From the NCBI GenBank assembly GCA_963692915.1, contig OY843584.1, forward strand, positions 224,001-288,000: DNA of 64,000 nucleotides, given 5' to 3'. The notes beneath the pieces were generated by a model that ran no database searches, was not told the DNA's origin, and saw only the letters and a program-made list of their open reading frames with translations. Position 1 is the stretch's first letter; the number at the start of each line of letters is the position of its first letter. Both the position numbers and the translations under genes were made by a program. Source of the DNA: Cenarchaeum sp. Lineage in GTDB: Archaea > Thermoproteota > Nitrososphaeria > Nitrososphaerales > Nitrosopumilaceae. This document shows, in pieces, positions 38,023 through 48,249 of the stretch.

Positions 38023-39776
38023 GAGCGCGACTCGTCGGTGCAAAAGACGACCTCTGATGAGGACGCTGCACCGTCAGATAGCGCATAGTCGAGCACGTCG
38101 GCGATCCTCTCGGTGCTCGCCTCGGCCCCGCCAGCCGAGCCCGGAAGGGCCACGAACGCCCTCATCCCTGCGCCTAGCACGTCGGCGAGCTCCTGGTTTA
38201 CCGTGGCCGCAAACGGCCTCAGCGCGCCGCGAAAGACCTCGGCGCGCGCAGACTCTGCCCTGGGCGCCCTCTTGCCAGACGGCAGTGAGGGCCCGACTAG
38301 CACGAGTGCGCCGCCGGCCCCGCCATACAGGCGCGGATCCTTGCCGCCGCCGGGAACCATGGCCTCCATTCCGGCGCGCATCGTGCGGGCCGGCCCGCAC
38401 AGAAACCTCTCGACTAGCGCGTCCCAGCCGGCCCTGTCAAGGGAGCAGAGGCGCGAGCCGGCCGGAACGTTGCCCGTGACGTGGACGACTCCGGCGATGC
38501 CGCCGGTCATCGATGATGCGGCCTGGAGCCACCGCGAGACCTCCTCGGCCTTTGTGATGTCAGCCGTGTGCGAATGGAACGCCTCGAGTCCTGCGCGCAT
38601 GTCCGGCGGCACGCCGGCCCCAATTACAATGACTGCCTTGCCGCCACGCGACTCTGCCCTCTTGGCGAGCTCTACTGCAGCATCGCAGCCTGCGGCGTCT
38701 GTTGCGCCGACCACGATAACGACTGCCTTGCCGCCAAGGTCGCCGGCCTCAACTCGCGGTGCCGGCCCGCCAATGTGCGGCCTCACCGGATAGAACACCC
38801 TGTCGCCGGGGATTACCTTTCCGTTGATAGTCGCCGCAAGTCGCGGTTCGCATAGCGCAACGACTGTGAGGGCGACCTGGTCCTGTGAGAGGAACTGCCC
38901 GTCGGCTATCATGCCTGCCGTGTTCTTTTGTATCTTTTCGGCCACCTTTGAGACCTTTTCGAGCAGGGACGCCATGGTGCCGGCGTCACCTGATGGCACC
39001 TCGGATGCTGCCTGCTCGGATGCGGCCTTTACGGTCTTTTCATCCTCGCCTAGTGCGGGCAAGAGTATGGCGCACGCGCGCTCGACGTCTGCAGGAGGCA
39101 TGTCGCCAAACCCGCCAACGCGCATAAACTCTGCGGCAGCCTTTGGGTACACCGTCTTGTATATGCGATCAGAGTGGACCGGTCCGGGGTTTGTCGCAAT
39201 CGAGATGATGCCCTCTTCCACGAGCTCTACTGAGAGGGCCTCGGCCAGGCGGTTCTTTGCGCCCTGGGCCGCAGTGTATGGCGTCCTGAACCTGTATGGC
39301 CTCTGCTCGAGTGGGCGCTCTTCGGCAAAGAACGTCGTTATCGTCAGAATGATGCCGCCCTTGCCCATGACCCTCATGGCCTGCGCTGATGTCCAGAACG
39401 TGCCAGTCAGGTGTATGGCCACTGCGGACTCGAAGTCCTCCTCGGACGCGTTGGCAAAGCACGTCACAGGTCCGGAGACGCCGGCATTGTTGACCAGAAT
39501 GTCGACCCTTGCGCCGTCACGCTCCAGCTCGTCGAACATCTTTGTGACTGCGCCCGCATCTGCCACGTCAACGCCGGGGAACATCCTGACCTTGCCGCCG
39601 CGCCCCGCCTTTGCCGCAATTGCCTCCAGCTCGCGCATTGCGGCCTCGAGCGGCTCGCGACGCCTGCCGAGTATGATTATGCTGGCCCCGCGCTCGGCCA
39701 TGGCCTTTGATATTGCCAGGCCGATCCCTGTCCCGCTGCCGGTTATGAGCGCGGTTCGGCCCCCAAAGTCCTCCAT
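38019..39776 (-). CDS. Two-domain SDR oxidoreductase
   Basis: TGSGTGIG, NNAG, PGPV.SDR; second degenerate Rossmann domain. Confidence 0.88.
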   Translation of the reverse strand: MEDFGGRTALITGSGTGIGLAISKAMAERGASIIILGRRREPLEAAMRELEAIAAKAGRGGKVRMFPGVDVADAGAVTKMFDELERDGARVDILVNNAGVSGPVTCFANASEEDFESAVAIHLTGTFWTSAQAMRVMGKGGIILTITTFFAEERPLEQRPYRFRTPYTAAQGAKNRLAEALSVELVEEGIISIATNPGPVHSDRIYKTVYPKAAAEFMRVGGFGDMPPADVERACAILLPALGEDEKTVKAASEQAASEVPSGDAGTMASLLEKVSKVAEKIQKNTAGMIADGQFLSQDQVALTVVALCEPRLAATINGKVIPGDRVFYPVRPHIGGPAPRVEAGDLGGKAVVIVVGATDAAGCDAAVELAKRAESRGGKAVIVIGAGVPPDMRAGLEAFHSHTADITKAEEVSRWLQAASSMTGGIAGVVHVTGNVPAGSRLCSLDRAGWDALVERFLCGPARTMRAGMEAMVPGGGKDPRLYGGAGGALVLVGPSLPSGKRAPRAESARAEVFRGALRPFAATVNQELADVLGAGMRAFVALPGSAGGAEASTERIADVLDYALSDGAASSSEVVFCTDESRS

Positions 39777-39930
39777 TACGGGACACGTGTCAGTCGCGCA
39801 TTATTTAATTGGATTGTCGCACATGGGGCATGGTGCCCGCATCCCTGTCCATTTGGTCAAATGGGCTCGATCCTACCACTCCATTTGCCATTACGGTGCC
39901 CGTCGAGACGTGAGTGGACACAGGGACAGC

Positions 39931-41844
39931 GTGCGAGGCCTCGCCACGATTGCCGTGGCTGCCATGGCGGCTGCAATTGCATTGGCCGCCGCGCCTGCAG
40001 CGCTAGCGCAGGCAGACGACGCGCCGGTACTCGAGGCGCTCGTCGACTGTGAGCCCAAGGACACGCTCATAGCGTTCGCCGCGTCTCCGGAGCCCTACAG
40101 GATCGCCCTGCTCGCCACTGGTGCCGGAGACGACGAGGTGTCGCTCTCACTCCAAGTTCTCCGGGTCTCGCACTGGCCAGTGCGGGACGGCGCCGGAGAC
40201 GACGCGCAGGTTGCGCTAGTCGACCACGGTGGCGGCATGGCGACAGTCACCGTGGACAGGTCTACTGCCGGCGAGCGTCTCGTGGAGGTGACTGCGTCTG
40301 ACGTGCACGGCGAGTCTAGAGCCGTGCACCTGCTGCGCATCCTGCCCGCCCCGTCGGAGCCGAGCGCCGATCGTGGCTCACAGGCCAACAAGGACGCGCA
40401 CGACTATCAACCCGAGCTCGAGGTGCTCCTCGGCGGCGTGCCGGTGCGGCGCGTGGACCTTGCCGAGTCGCCCGGAGTCGCGTGCTTGGAGCTGCGCACT
40501 CCAGGCGCAGAGGGAGACGCGGTGGACTTTACGCTCAATGTGATCGAGACTGCGCCATTGGATCCCCTGGCCGGCGCCGGAGCGCCGCCGACCCTTGTGG
40601 ATCACGGTGACGGGACGGCGATGGTCATGGTGGACAAGTCTGCTGCCGGCGAGCGCACCGTGCAGATCGGCGTCTCTGATGCGTACGGCGAGGAGCTAGA
40701 CTGGTACATTCTGCGCGTGCTGTCCGCCGATGCGGACAGTCGGCCACAGGGGCACGCAGGCGGACTCCCGTACGCCGTGGAGGGCAGGTCTGCTGCTGGT
40801 GCCCCGTTGCCACCGCGCCTTGTGACCCAGGCGCACCAGCAGATGTGCGCAGACACACCATACACCGAGGACACGTGGGGCGTGAAAAACCATGACAACG
40901 TTCACGTGCCCTTGTTTGACTGGTCCGAGCGCCCCGCCATGTCCGGCGTGCCGCCGATAGAAGGCACGTCAAAGATGGATGCTGCGATCATTTACCCTGA
41001 CGGCAGCTCTCCCTCTACAGTCGGAGAGCGATATTGGTGGGGATGCCACACGCGCGCGTCGTTTGGGACGCAGGTGCCCCAGTGGGTCATCCTGTGCGAC
41101 GTGCCGGGCGATGACAGGACACATTACTATATCAGAAATGCCGAAGCGTCGGATAATGCCAGCGCCCCGTGGCGTACAAACCCGTACACGGGAAACGTTG
41201 CAGATTATAACAGTGGTCCGGCTCACACCTATGCCGCAGCTCCGGGACCACACTGGCTCAGGGTTCATTCTGACGATCCTGCGTACACACAGTCCAAACT
41301 CTACGGACCATTTGGCCCGTACGCGTATGTTCCGTACAACGAACTGTTTGTAAAACCGGATTACTATGCCCGCTCTATCTACACCAGGGTCGACGGCACA
41401 TACTCCTCGGTGCCAGAGCTCCTCCCGTTCTCCGACAGGATGGTGATCCGGGCGACCGCATTCCATGAGGATAACGTGACGTTCCACATAAGGGCGAAAG
41501 AGGGCGTGCTCGACGTGTCAGGGCGGGAGTCACACGCGCTGGTAAACGGAACCTTGGTTCCGTTGAGTGTCGAATGGGCGGGATTGACCTCGTTCTACAC
41601 AACGATCAGCGTCAGCGTCAGGGTGTCTGACATTGCAAAAGACAACGACATCTTCATCAGGGGCATAAACGACGACGAGCGCACGAGAGACGGGGTAGTC
41701 AAGGAGCTCCACGAGGTCGCGCTCGTCGCCAGTATACCCGTCTCTGTGCCCAACAAGCACACGTATGCTCCAATAGATCCGGCCTTTGCCATAACGCCAT
41801 GGGAATGCTGGCCGTCACTCGACGGCACAGCCTGGGTTCCATAG
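39931..41844 (+). CDS. Secreted protein, paralog A (two Ig/cadherin-like units plus unknown C-terminal domain)
   Basis: GTG start and signal peptide matching paralog B; the ORF-track N-terminal extension is antisense to the SDR gene. Confidence 0.8.
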   Translation: MRGLATIAVAAMAAAIALAAAPAALAQADDAPVLEALVDCEPKDTLIAFAASPEPYRIALLATGAGDDEVSLSLQVLRVSHWPVRDGAGDDAQVALVDHGGGMATVTVDRSTAGERLVEVTASDVHGESRAVHLLRILPAPSEPSADRGSQANKDAHDYQPELEVLLGGVPVRRVDLAESPGVACLELRTPGAEGDAVDFTLNVIETAPLDPLAGAGAPPTLVDHGDGTAMVMVDKSAAGERTVQIGVSDAYGEELDWYILRVLSADADSRPQGHAGGLPYAVEGRSAAGAPLPPRLVTQAHQQMCADTPYTEDTWGVKNHDNVHVPLFDWSERPAMSGVPPIEGTSKMDAAIIYPDGSSPSTVGERYWWGCHTRASFGTQVPQWVILCDVPGDDRTHYYIRNAEASDNASAPWRTNPYTGNVADYNSGPAHTYAAAPGPHWLRVHSDDPAYTQSKLYGPFGPYAYVPYNELFVKPDYYARSIYTRVDGTYSSVPELLPFSDRMVIRATAFHEDNVTFHIRAKEGVLDVSGRESHALVNGTLVPLSVEWAGLTSFYTTISVSVRVSDIAKDNDIFIRGINDDERTRDGVVKELHEVALVASIPVSVPNKHTYAPIDPAFAITPWECWPSLDGTAWVP

Positions 41845-41974
41845 GAGATGGCAAGTCGGCCTCGTGGGGCACAAAGGCGCGTCCTGGCCGTGTGCATTTA
41901 CGGCCAAACCCATGAAATATGCCATGCCGCAACCACAACCTCTCTTTATATAATGCCGAGTCCTCTAGTATCGC

Positions 41975-42329
41975 ATGGGGCTCGCTACCGCACTGAGGCG
42001 CATGGCCGGTCCTGCGCCTGCATTGGCAGTCACCGTGGCGCTCGCCGTGTCCAGAGCCGGTCGGCATCTCTATGCGCGCCACGGATCCCGAGGGTGATGA
42101 CGTCACGCTCTCTGCCCGCGTGGTCAAGACGGCTCAGGGGTGGCTACCAGAAGACTTCGACTCACCGCTCACGCTCGCCGACCGCGGCGACGGCACGTCC
42201 ACAGTAGGCGTGGACACGTCAGTCGTCGGCGAGTACGTCGTAGAGTTCATGGCCGCCGACGCGCACGGCGAGGAGTGGGGTCTGCACGTCATCTGCATAT
42301 CCCCGGCGAGCGCGGGGGCGTCGGGGTAG
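41975..42329 (+). pseudogene. Frameshifted, truncated third member of the paralog family
   Basis: CTTTATATAA box then ATG 41975 MGLATA...APALA-VTVALAVS; frame change near 42050; continues PEPVGISMRATD...LADRGDGT.TV.VD...DAHGEE. Confidence 0.65.
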
Positions 42330-42330
42330 C

Positions 42331-44217
42331 GTGCGAGGCCTCGCCGCGGCTGCCATTGTGGCCACAATCGCCATGGCCGCTGCGCCTGCAGCGCTGGCGC
42401 AGTCCGGCGGCGCGCCGGGACTTGAGGCACTAGTCTCCTGCGAGCCCAAGGGCACGCTCGTGGCGTTTGCCGCGTCTAGCGAGCCCTACAGGATAGCCCT
42501 TCGCTCCACTGACGCCGGGGGCGATGACGACGTGTCATTCTCGCTCCAGGTTCTCCGTGTCTCGCACTGGGCGGCGCGGGACGGTGCAGTGGGCGACGCG
42601 CAGGTTGCGCTGGTCGACCACGGCTACGGCATGGCCACAGTCACCGTGGACAGGTCTGCTGCCGGAGAGCGACTCGTGGAGGTTACTGCGTCTGGCGCGC
42701 GCGGCGAGTCGAGGGTCGTGTATCTCCTGCGCATCCTGCCCGCCGCCTCGACGGATCCTGGTGCCAACGGTGATCCGAGGGATGGCGAGGACGCGTACAA
42801 CTCCGAGCCCGAGCTAGAGGTGCTCCTCGGCGGCGTGCCGGTGCGGCATATAGACCTCGCCGAGTCGCCGGGTGTCGCGTGCCTGGAGCTGCGCTCGCCG
42901 GATGCCGAGGACGGTGCGGTGGCCTTTGCGCTCGAGACGCTCGAGACTGCGCCGCCGGATCCCATGGCGGGGGCTGGCTCGCTGCCTGTCCTAGTGAACC
43001 ACGGCGACGGGACGGCGATGATCATGGTGGACAAGTCCACCGCCGGCAAGCGCACAGTGGCGATCGCCGCTTTTGACGCGCACGGCGAGAAGTGGGACAC
43101 GTACTTGCTGCGCGTGCTCTCCGCTGATGCGGCCAGCCGACCGCAGGGCCACGCCGGCGGCCTCCCGCACGCAGTGGAGGGCAGGTCCGCCGTAGGCGCC
43201 CCGCTGCCGCCGCGCCTCGTTGCCCAGGCGCACCAGCCGATGTGTCCAGCCACGCCACACACCGAGGACACGTGGGGCGTGGACAGCCATAACTACAAGG
43301 ACGTGCGCAGGTTTGACTGGTCGGTGCGCCCCGCCATGTCAGGCGTGCCGCCGATAGAGGGCACGTCAATGATGAGTGCCGCAATCATTTACCCTGACGG
43401 CAGCCATCCCTATGAGGTCGGGGAGCGATCTTGGTGGGGATGCCACACGCGTGCGTCGTTTGGGACGGAGGTGCCACAATGGGTCATCCTGTGCGACGTG
43501 CCGGGAGACGATAGGGTGCACTACTATATGCGACACGTCACCGACTCGGACAGCTTTGAGGGGGCACGGTTGATAAACCCATACACAGGAAACAGGGCAG
43601 ACTTTGACGACAGACCTGCACGCACATATACCGCTGCTCCGGGACCACAATGGCTCAATCGTCATCATCACGCCAAGTCGACGTTTGACCCCTATGCGCC
43701 TGTTGACCCCGAAGTGTATCTTCCGGACAATGTGCTGTATATCAAGCAATATGACGAATTAGACTACATCTTCACCAAGGTTACGGGCACCTATTCGTCA
43801 GTGCCGGAGCTACTCCCGTTCTCTGGCAAGCTGGTGTTCAGGGCGACCGCATTCCACTCGGATGACGTGACGTTTCACATAGATGCGGGCAGATTCCTGG
43901 TGGCTCTGGAGGGGGAGTCACATGCGCTGGTGAACGGCACCCTGGCCCCGGTGAAAGTCCCTGAATTGGACAGAACGCAGTTCAACGTTAGTGTCAAGGT
44001 GTCTGACGTTGCGAAAGCCAACGACATCTACATCAGGGGCATCAATGATGACGAGCGCACGGCTGACGGGGTGGTCAGGGAGCTCCACGACATCATGCTT
44101 GTGGCAGAGATCCCTGTGTGGCTGTACAGCAGCAGATATGAGCCAATAGACCCAGCGTTTGCCATCGAGCCGTGGGGCTGCTGGCCGCTCCTCAACGGCA
44201 CGGCGTGGGTTCCCTAG
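42331..44217 (+). CDS. Secreted protein, paralog B
   Basis: Colinear with paralog A over its full length, ending in PW.CWP.L.GTAWVP. Confidence 0.82.
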   Translation: MRGLAAAAIVATIAMAAAPAALAQSGGAPGLEALVSCEPKGTLVAFAASSEPYRIALRSTDAGGDDDVSFSLQVLRVSHWAARDGAVGDAQVALVDHGYGMATVTVDRSAAGERLVEVTASGARGESRVVYLLRILPAASTDPGANGDPRDGEDAYNSEPELEVLLGGVPVRHIDLAESPGVACLELRSPDAEDGAVAFALETLETAPPDPMAGAGSLPVLVNHGDGTAMIMVDKSTAGKRTVAIAAFDAHGEKWDTYLLRVLSADAASRPQGHAGGLPHAVEGRSAVGAPLPPRLVAQAHQPMCPATPHTEDTWGVDSHNYKDVRRFDWSVRPAMSGVPPIEGTSMMSAAIIYPDGSHPYEVGERSWWGCHTRASFGTEVPQWVILCDVPGDDRVHYYMRHVTDSDSFEGARLINPYTGNRADFDDRPARTYTAAPGPQWLNRHHHAKSTFDPYAPVDPEVYLPDNVLYIKQYDELDYIFTKVTGTYSSVPELLPFSGKLVFRATAFHSDDVTFHIDAGRFLVALEGESHALVNGTLAPVKVPELDRTQFNVSVKVSDVAKANDIYIRGINDDERTADGVVRELHDIMLVAEIPVWLYSSRYEPIDPAFAIEPWGCWPLLNGTAWVP

Positions 44218-44454
44218 GCGAGGGCGGCGAACATAGGGCGGCAACGGGTCTATGTGCGGCTTTCGCGCATGCCAGTCTGGCGCGCGATGCGAGATCATGC
44301 GTGCGGCCTGGGCAATGGCCCGGTGCCACACAGACTATTGCCCACGCGCAGACATGGTGCGCAGGCAAATGACTTGCCGTTGCGTGCCCGCAGGCGCATC
44401 TGCAATGGCCGAGATCAGAAACCATTTTATCACAAGCGGGACAATCTCTGCGCC

Positions 44455-45744
44455 ATGAACGCGACGGAGAGAATACTTGCGCGCGCCTCGGGAAGGGACT
44501 CGGTCTCACCTGGCGATGTCGTGTTTGCCAACGTTGATAGCGCAATGCTCCATGACGTGTCCGGCCCCGGCGTCATCAAGGTCCTCGAGCGCCTCGAAGG
44601 CGAGGGAATAGAGACGGGCAAGGTGTGGGACGCCGAGCGCATATGGGTCGCCGAGGACCACTTTGTGCCATCAGCCGAAAAGGCGTCCGCCGAGAACACC
44701 GCAAAGCTCTCGGCGTTCACCAAAAAGCACGGCATACGGCGCCACTTCAAGTACGGCCTCGGCCAGCACGGAATCTGCCACACAATATCGCACGAGGAGG
44801 CCATGGTGATGCCGGGCGACGTCTATGTCGGCGGTGACTCGCACACAAACACGACAGGCGCACTCGGCGCGTTTGCGTGCGGCCTGGGACACACGGACAT
44901 GGCATACGTCATACTCAACGGCCGGATATGGTTTCGCGTTCCCGAGACGATATACCTAAAGATCAACGGTACCCTGCCGGCCCACACCATGGCAAAGGAC
45001 GTCATACTGCGAATAATCGGCGACATTGGGACAGACGGGGCGACATACCGCACGATGCAGTTTGGCGGCACGGCAGTCGCCGCAATGTCCGTCGAGGACC
45101 GCCTCACGCTCACAAACATGACGACAGAGGCCGGCGCCAAGAACGGCATAGTCGAGGCAGACTCCAAGGTCGGCGAGTATCTCACGGCCCACGGCGCGCC
45201 GCAGGCGGCTGCGCGCTGCGGCGGCACGGAGGCGATCGAGCGGGCCGACGAGTCCTCATTCGCCGAGGTTCGCGAGTACGATGCCTCAGAGATCGAGCCG
45301 CTAGTGGCACGGCCATTCTCGCCGCAGAACGTCTCGACTGTGCGCGAGGCGCCCTCTGTCGAGCTCGACAAGGCGTATCTCGGATCATGCACGGGCGCAA
45401 AGATGGAGGATCTAGAGTCAGCGGCTCGCGTGATCAAGGGCCACACCGTGCGCATACGGACCGAGGTCGTTCCTGCTGCGATCTCGATATACAAGAGGGC
45501 ACTCGAGCGCGGGCTCATAAAGATATTCCTTGACGCCGGCGCTGTCATCGGCCCGCCGACGTGCGGCGCGTGCTGCGGCGCGCACATGGGCGTCTTGGGC
45601 AAGGGCGAGGTCTGCGTGAGCGCGACAAACCGGAACTTTCCCGGCCGCATGGGCCACGTAGAGTCGCAGACGTACCTGGCCTCCCCGATGGTGGTTGCAG
45701 CGTCTGCCGTCACGGGCCGCCTGACTGACCCGAGGGATCTATGA
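44455..45744 (+). CDS. hacA: Homoaconitase / archaeal-type isopropylmalate dehydratase large subunit
   Basis: DSHT, GSCTG, CGACCG, TNRNFPGRMG. Confidence 0.85.
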   Translation: MNATERILARASGRDSVSPGDVVFANVDSAMLHDVSGPGVIKVLERLEGEGIETGKVWDAERIWVAEDHFVPSAEKASAENTAKLSAFTKKHGIRRHFKYGLGQHGICHTISHEEAMVMPGDVYVGGDSHTNTTGALGAFACGLGHTDMAYVILNGRIWFRVPETIYLKINGTLPAHTMAKDVILRIIGDIGTDGATYRTMQFGGTAVAAMSVEDRLTLTNMTTEAGAKNGIVEADSKVGEYLTAHGAPQAAARCGGTEAIERADESSFAEVREYDASEIEPLVARPFSPQNVSTVREAPSVELDKAYLGSCTGAKMEDLESAARVIKGHTVRIRTEVVPAAISIYKRALERGLIKIFLDAGAVIGPPTCGACCGAHMGVLGKGEVCVSATNRNFPGRMGHVESQTYLASPMVVAASAVTGRLTDPRDL

Positions 45745-46226
45745 TGCGGGGAATCACGACAAAGTACGAGCGCGACAATATCGACACTGATGTCATAATA
45801 CCGGGAACGTACCTAAAGGTCCACGACCACGCCGAGCTTGCCAAGCATGCCATGGAGGGACTCGATCCCGGCTTTCATGCGCGCATGGAGGGCCGCAGCC
45901 TCCTAGTTGCGGGGCGCAACTTTGGGTGCGGCTCGAGCCGTGAGCACGCGCCCATTGCGCTTGCCGGATGCGGGGTAAAGGCGATCCTCGCGCCGTCGTT
46001 TGCGAGGATATTCTACCGCAACTGCGTCGACGGCGCGTACCTCCTGCCCGTCGAGATCGGCCAGGACGCATACGAGTCGATCCTTGATGGCGACGAGCTT
46101 GACATTGACATGAAGGCGCGCCGCGTGACCAACGTGACGCGCAAGGCGGACTACGAGATGGCGCCAATCCCCGAGATCATATCCGGAATAATCGAGGCCG
46201 GTGGCCTCTTTAGGTACAAGGTGTAG
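45741..46226 (+). CDS. hacB: Homoaconitase / isopropylmalate dehydratase small subunit
   Basis: [21 protein letters not shown]; substrate loop YLKV resembles homoaconitase-type YLRT. Confidence 0.8.
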   Translation: MMRGITTKYERDNIDTDVIIPGTYLKVHDHAELAKHAMEGLDPGFHARMEGRSLLVAGRNFGCGSSREHAPIALAGCGVKAILAPSFARIFYRNCVDGAYLLPVEIGQDAYESILDGDELDIDMKARRVTNVTRKADYEMAPIPEIISGIIEAGGLFRYKV

Positions 46227-46232
46227 CGGCGC

Positions 46233-47672
46233 ATGGCAGGCACCGGTGCGCCGAGGACGCTCTTTGGCAAGATATGGGACGCGCACACCGTGGCGCGCCG
46301 CGATGACGGCGCGGCGCTCATCTACATTGACCGGCACCTGGTTCACGAGGTGACCTCGCCGCAGGCCTTTGAGGGACTTCGCGAGTCCGCAAGGCGCGTG
46401 CGTCGGCCAGACCTGACGACTGCGACGATGGACCATATCGTCCCCACCGGTGACAGGTCGCTCCCGATGGTCGATGACACGGCAGTCGTGCAGATGCGCG
46501 CACTAGAGCGCAACTGCGCCGAGTTTGGCATCGAGCTCCATGGCATGGGCAGCGCAAGCCAGGGCATCGTCCACGTTATCGGTCCAGAGCTTGGCCTCAC
46601 GCTGCCCGGCTCTACTATTGTGTGCGGCGACAGCCACACGGCCACGCACGGCGCCTTTGGCGCACTTGCCATGGGAATCGGAACCAGCGAGGTCGAGCAC
46701 GTCCTGGCCACGCAGACGCTCTGGCTTGAGCGCCCGCGCGAGATGCTCATCGGCATGGACGGCTCGTTTGGAGACTCGCGCGCGATCACGCCAAAGGACG
46801 CGATACTCTCGCTCATACGCGAGATAGGTCCGGCCGGCGCGCGCCAGACTGCCATCGAGTACGCCGGCAGCGCGATATCCGAGATGTCAATGGAGGGACG
46901 CATGACTGTCTGCAACATGTCAATAGAGGCCGGCGCGCGGGCCGGCATGATAGCTCCGGACGAAAAGACATTTGAGCACGTGCGCGGCAGGCCGCACACT
47001 CCTGAGACGATCGAGTCACTCATAGAGTCATGGCGCGCAGAGCTGCACACGGACACTGGAGCCGAGTACGCCAGGGCACACTCGATCGACGTGTCGCGAA
47101 TCGCCCCGCAGGTCAGCTGGGGGACTGACCCCGGCATGACGTGCGACATCACCGAGCCGATCCCAACGCCTGCCGAGTTCTCGCGTGGGGATGACTCGCG
47201 TCGTGCTGCCGCCGAGCGCGCACTGGAGTATATCGGCCTGGACGCCGGCACGCCGCTTGAGGACGTGAAACCTGACAGGGTCTTTGTCGGCTCGTGCACC
47301 AATGCGCGCCTCGGCGACCTGCGGGAGGCCGCCGCCGCCGTGCGCGGCCGGCGCGTCGCTGACGGCGTTCGCGCCATGGTCGTGCCCGGCTCGCAGGAGG
47401 TAAAGAGGCGTGCAGAGGCAGAGGGCCTTGATGCGGACTTTGTGCGGGCCGGCTTTGAGTGGCGCGAGTCCGGATGCAGCATGTGCCTTGGCATGAACGA
47501 TGACATACTCGGGCCCGGCGAGCGCTGCGCGAGCACGTCAAACCGCAACTTTGAGGGCCGCCAGGGCGCGCGCGGGCGCACGCACCTGATGAGCCCCGTA
47601 ATGGCCGCCGCATCGGCCATCGCGGGGCACTTTGTCGACGTGAGGAAGTGGGAGCTCGTTGAGGCCGTTTGA
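46233..47672 (+). CDS. leuC: 3-isopropylmalate dehydratase large subunit (bacterial-type)
   Basis: [36 protein letters not shown]. Confidence 0.95.
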   Translation: MAGTGAPRTLFGKIWDAHTVARRDDGAALIYIDRHLVHEVTSPQAFEGLRESARRVRRPDLTTATMDHIVPTGDRSLPMVDDTAVVQMRALERNCAEFGIELHGMGSASQGIVHVIGPELGLTLPGSTIVCGDSHTATHGAFGALAMGIGTSEVEHVLATQTLWLERPREMLIGMDGSFGDSRAITPKDAILSLIREIGPAGARQTAIEYAGSAISEMSMEGRMTVCNMSIEAGARAGMIAPDEKTFEHVRGRPHTPETIESLIESWRAELHTDTGAEYARAHSIDVSRIAPQVSWGTDPGMTCDITEPIPTPAEFSRGDDSRRAAAERALEYIGLDAGTPLEDVKPDRVFVGSCTNARLGDLREAAAAVRGRRVADGVRAMVVPGSQEVKRRAEAEGLDADFVRAGFEWRESGCSMCLGMNDDILGPGERCASTSNRNFEGRQGARGRTHLMSPVMAAASAIAGHFVDVRKWELVEAV

Positions 47673-48249
47673 GCGCCTAGAGAGCGTCATCACGCCGCTC
47701 CCGAGAATCAACGTCGACACCGACCAGATAGTCCCAAAGCAGTTCCTGCGCCTCGTGCAGCGCTCAGGCTTTGGACAGTACCTGTTTCACGGGTGGCGCC
47801 ACGAGGGTGACGGCACGACGCCAGACGCGTCGTTTCCGCTCAACGATCCGCGCTATGCGGGCTCGCGCATACTGGTAACGGGGGAGAACTTTGGGTGCGG
47901 CTCTAGCCGCGAGCATGCCGTCTGGGCGCTACTGGACCACGGGTTTGGCGCAGTCATTGCGCCGTCGTTTGCGGACATTTTTGCGAGCAACTGCATAAAG
48001 AGCGGCCTCCTTCCAGTCACGCTTGCGCGCGACGCAGTGGATGCGCTAATGTCAACGACGGGCAGGGTTGCAGTGGATCTCGAGTCGCGCCTCGTCTCGG
48101 TTCACGAAACGGGCGAGTCGTGGACATTTGAGATCGGCGAGCACGCAAGGAGGATGCTCCTCGAGGGCCTCGACGAGATTGCAATGACGCTCATGCAGGA
48201 GGATGACATCGCCGTCTATGAGCGCGCACACGCCGTGCCGCCGACCTAG
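47659..48249 (+). CDS. leuD: 3-isopropylmalate dehydratase small subunit
   Basis: [29 protein letters not shown]. Confidence 0.95.
   Translation: MRPFERLESVITPLPRINVDTDQIVPKQFLRLVQRSGFGQYLFHGWRHEGDGTTPDASFPLNDPRYAGSRILVTGENFGCGSSREHAVWALLDHGFGAVIAPSFADIFASNCIKSGLLPVTLARDAVDALMSTTGRVAVDLESRLVSVHETGESWTFEIGEHARRMLLEGLDEIAMTLMQEDDIAVYERAHAVPPT

Noticed and set aside
38824-39930. N-terminal 369 aa of the 1006-aa ORF in the track
   Set aside because: Mostly the antisense shadow of the SDR gene; paralog B shows the real start is GTG 39931.
39931-44217. Diversity-generating retroelement (TR/VR pair)
   Set aside because: No reverse transcriptase in the window; differences between copies are not adenine-specific and include indels.
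44455-48249. Duplicated leuCD as a novelty
   Set aside because: Best explained as a homoaconitase-type pair plus bacterial-type LeuCD for separate lysine and leucine pathways.
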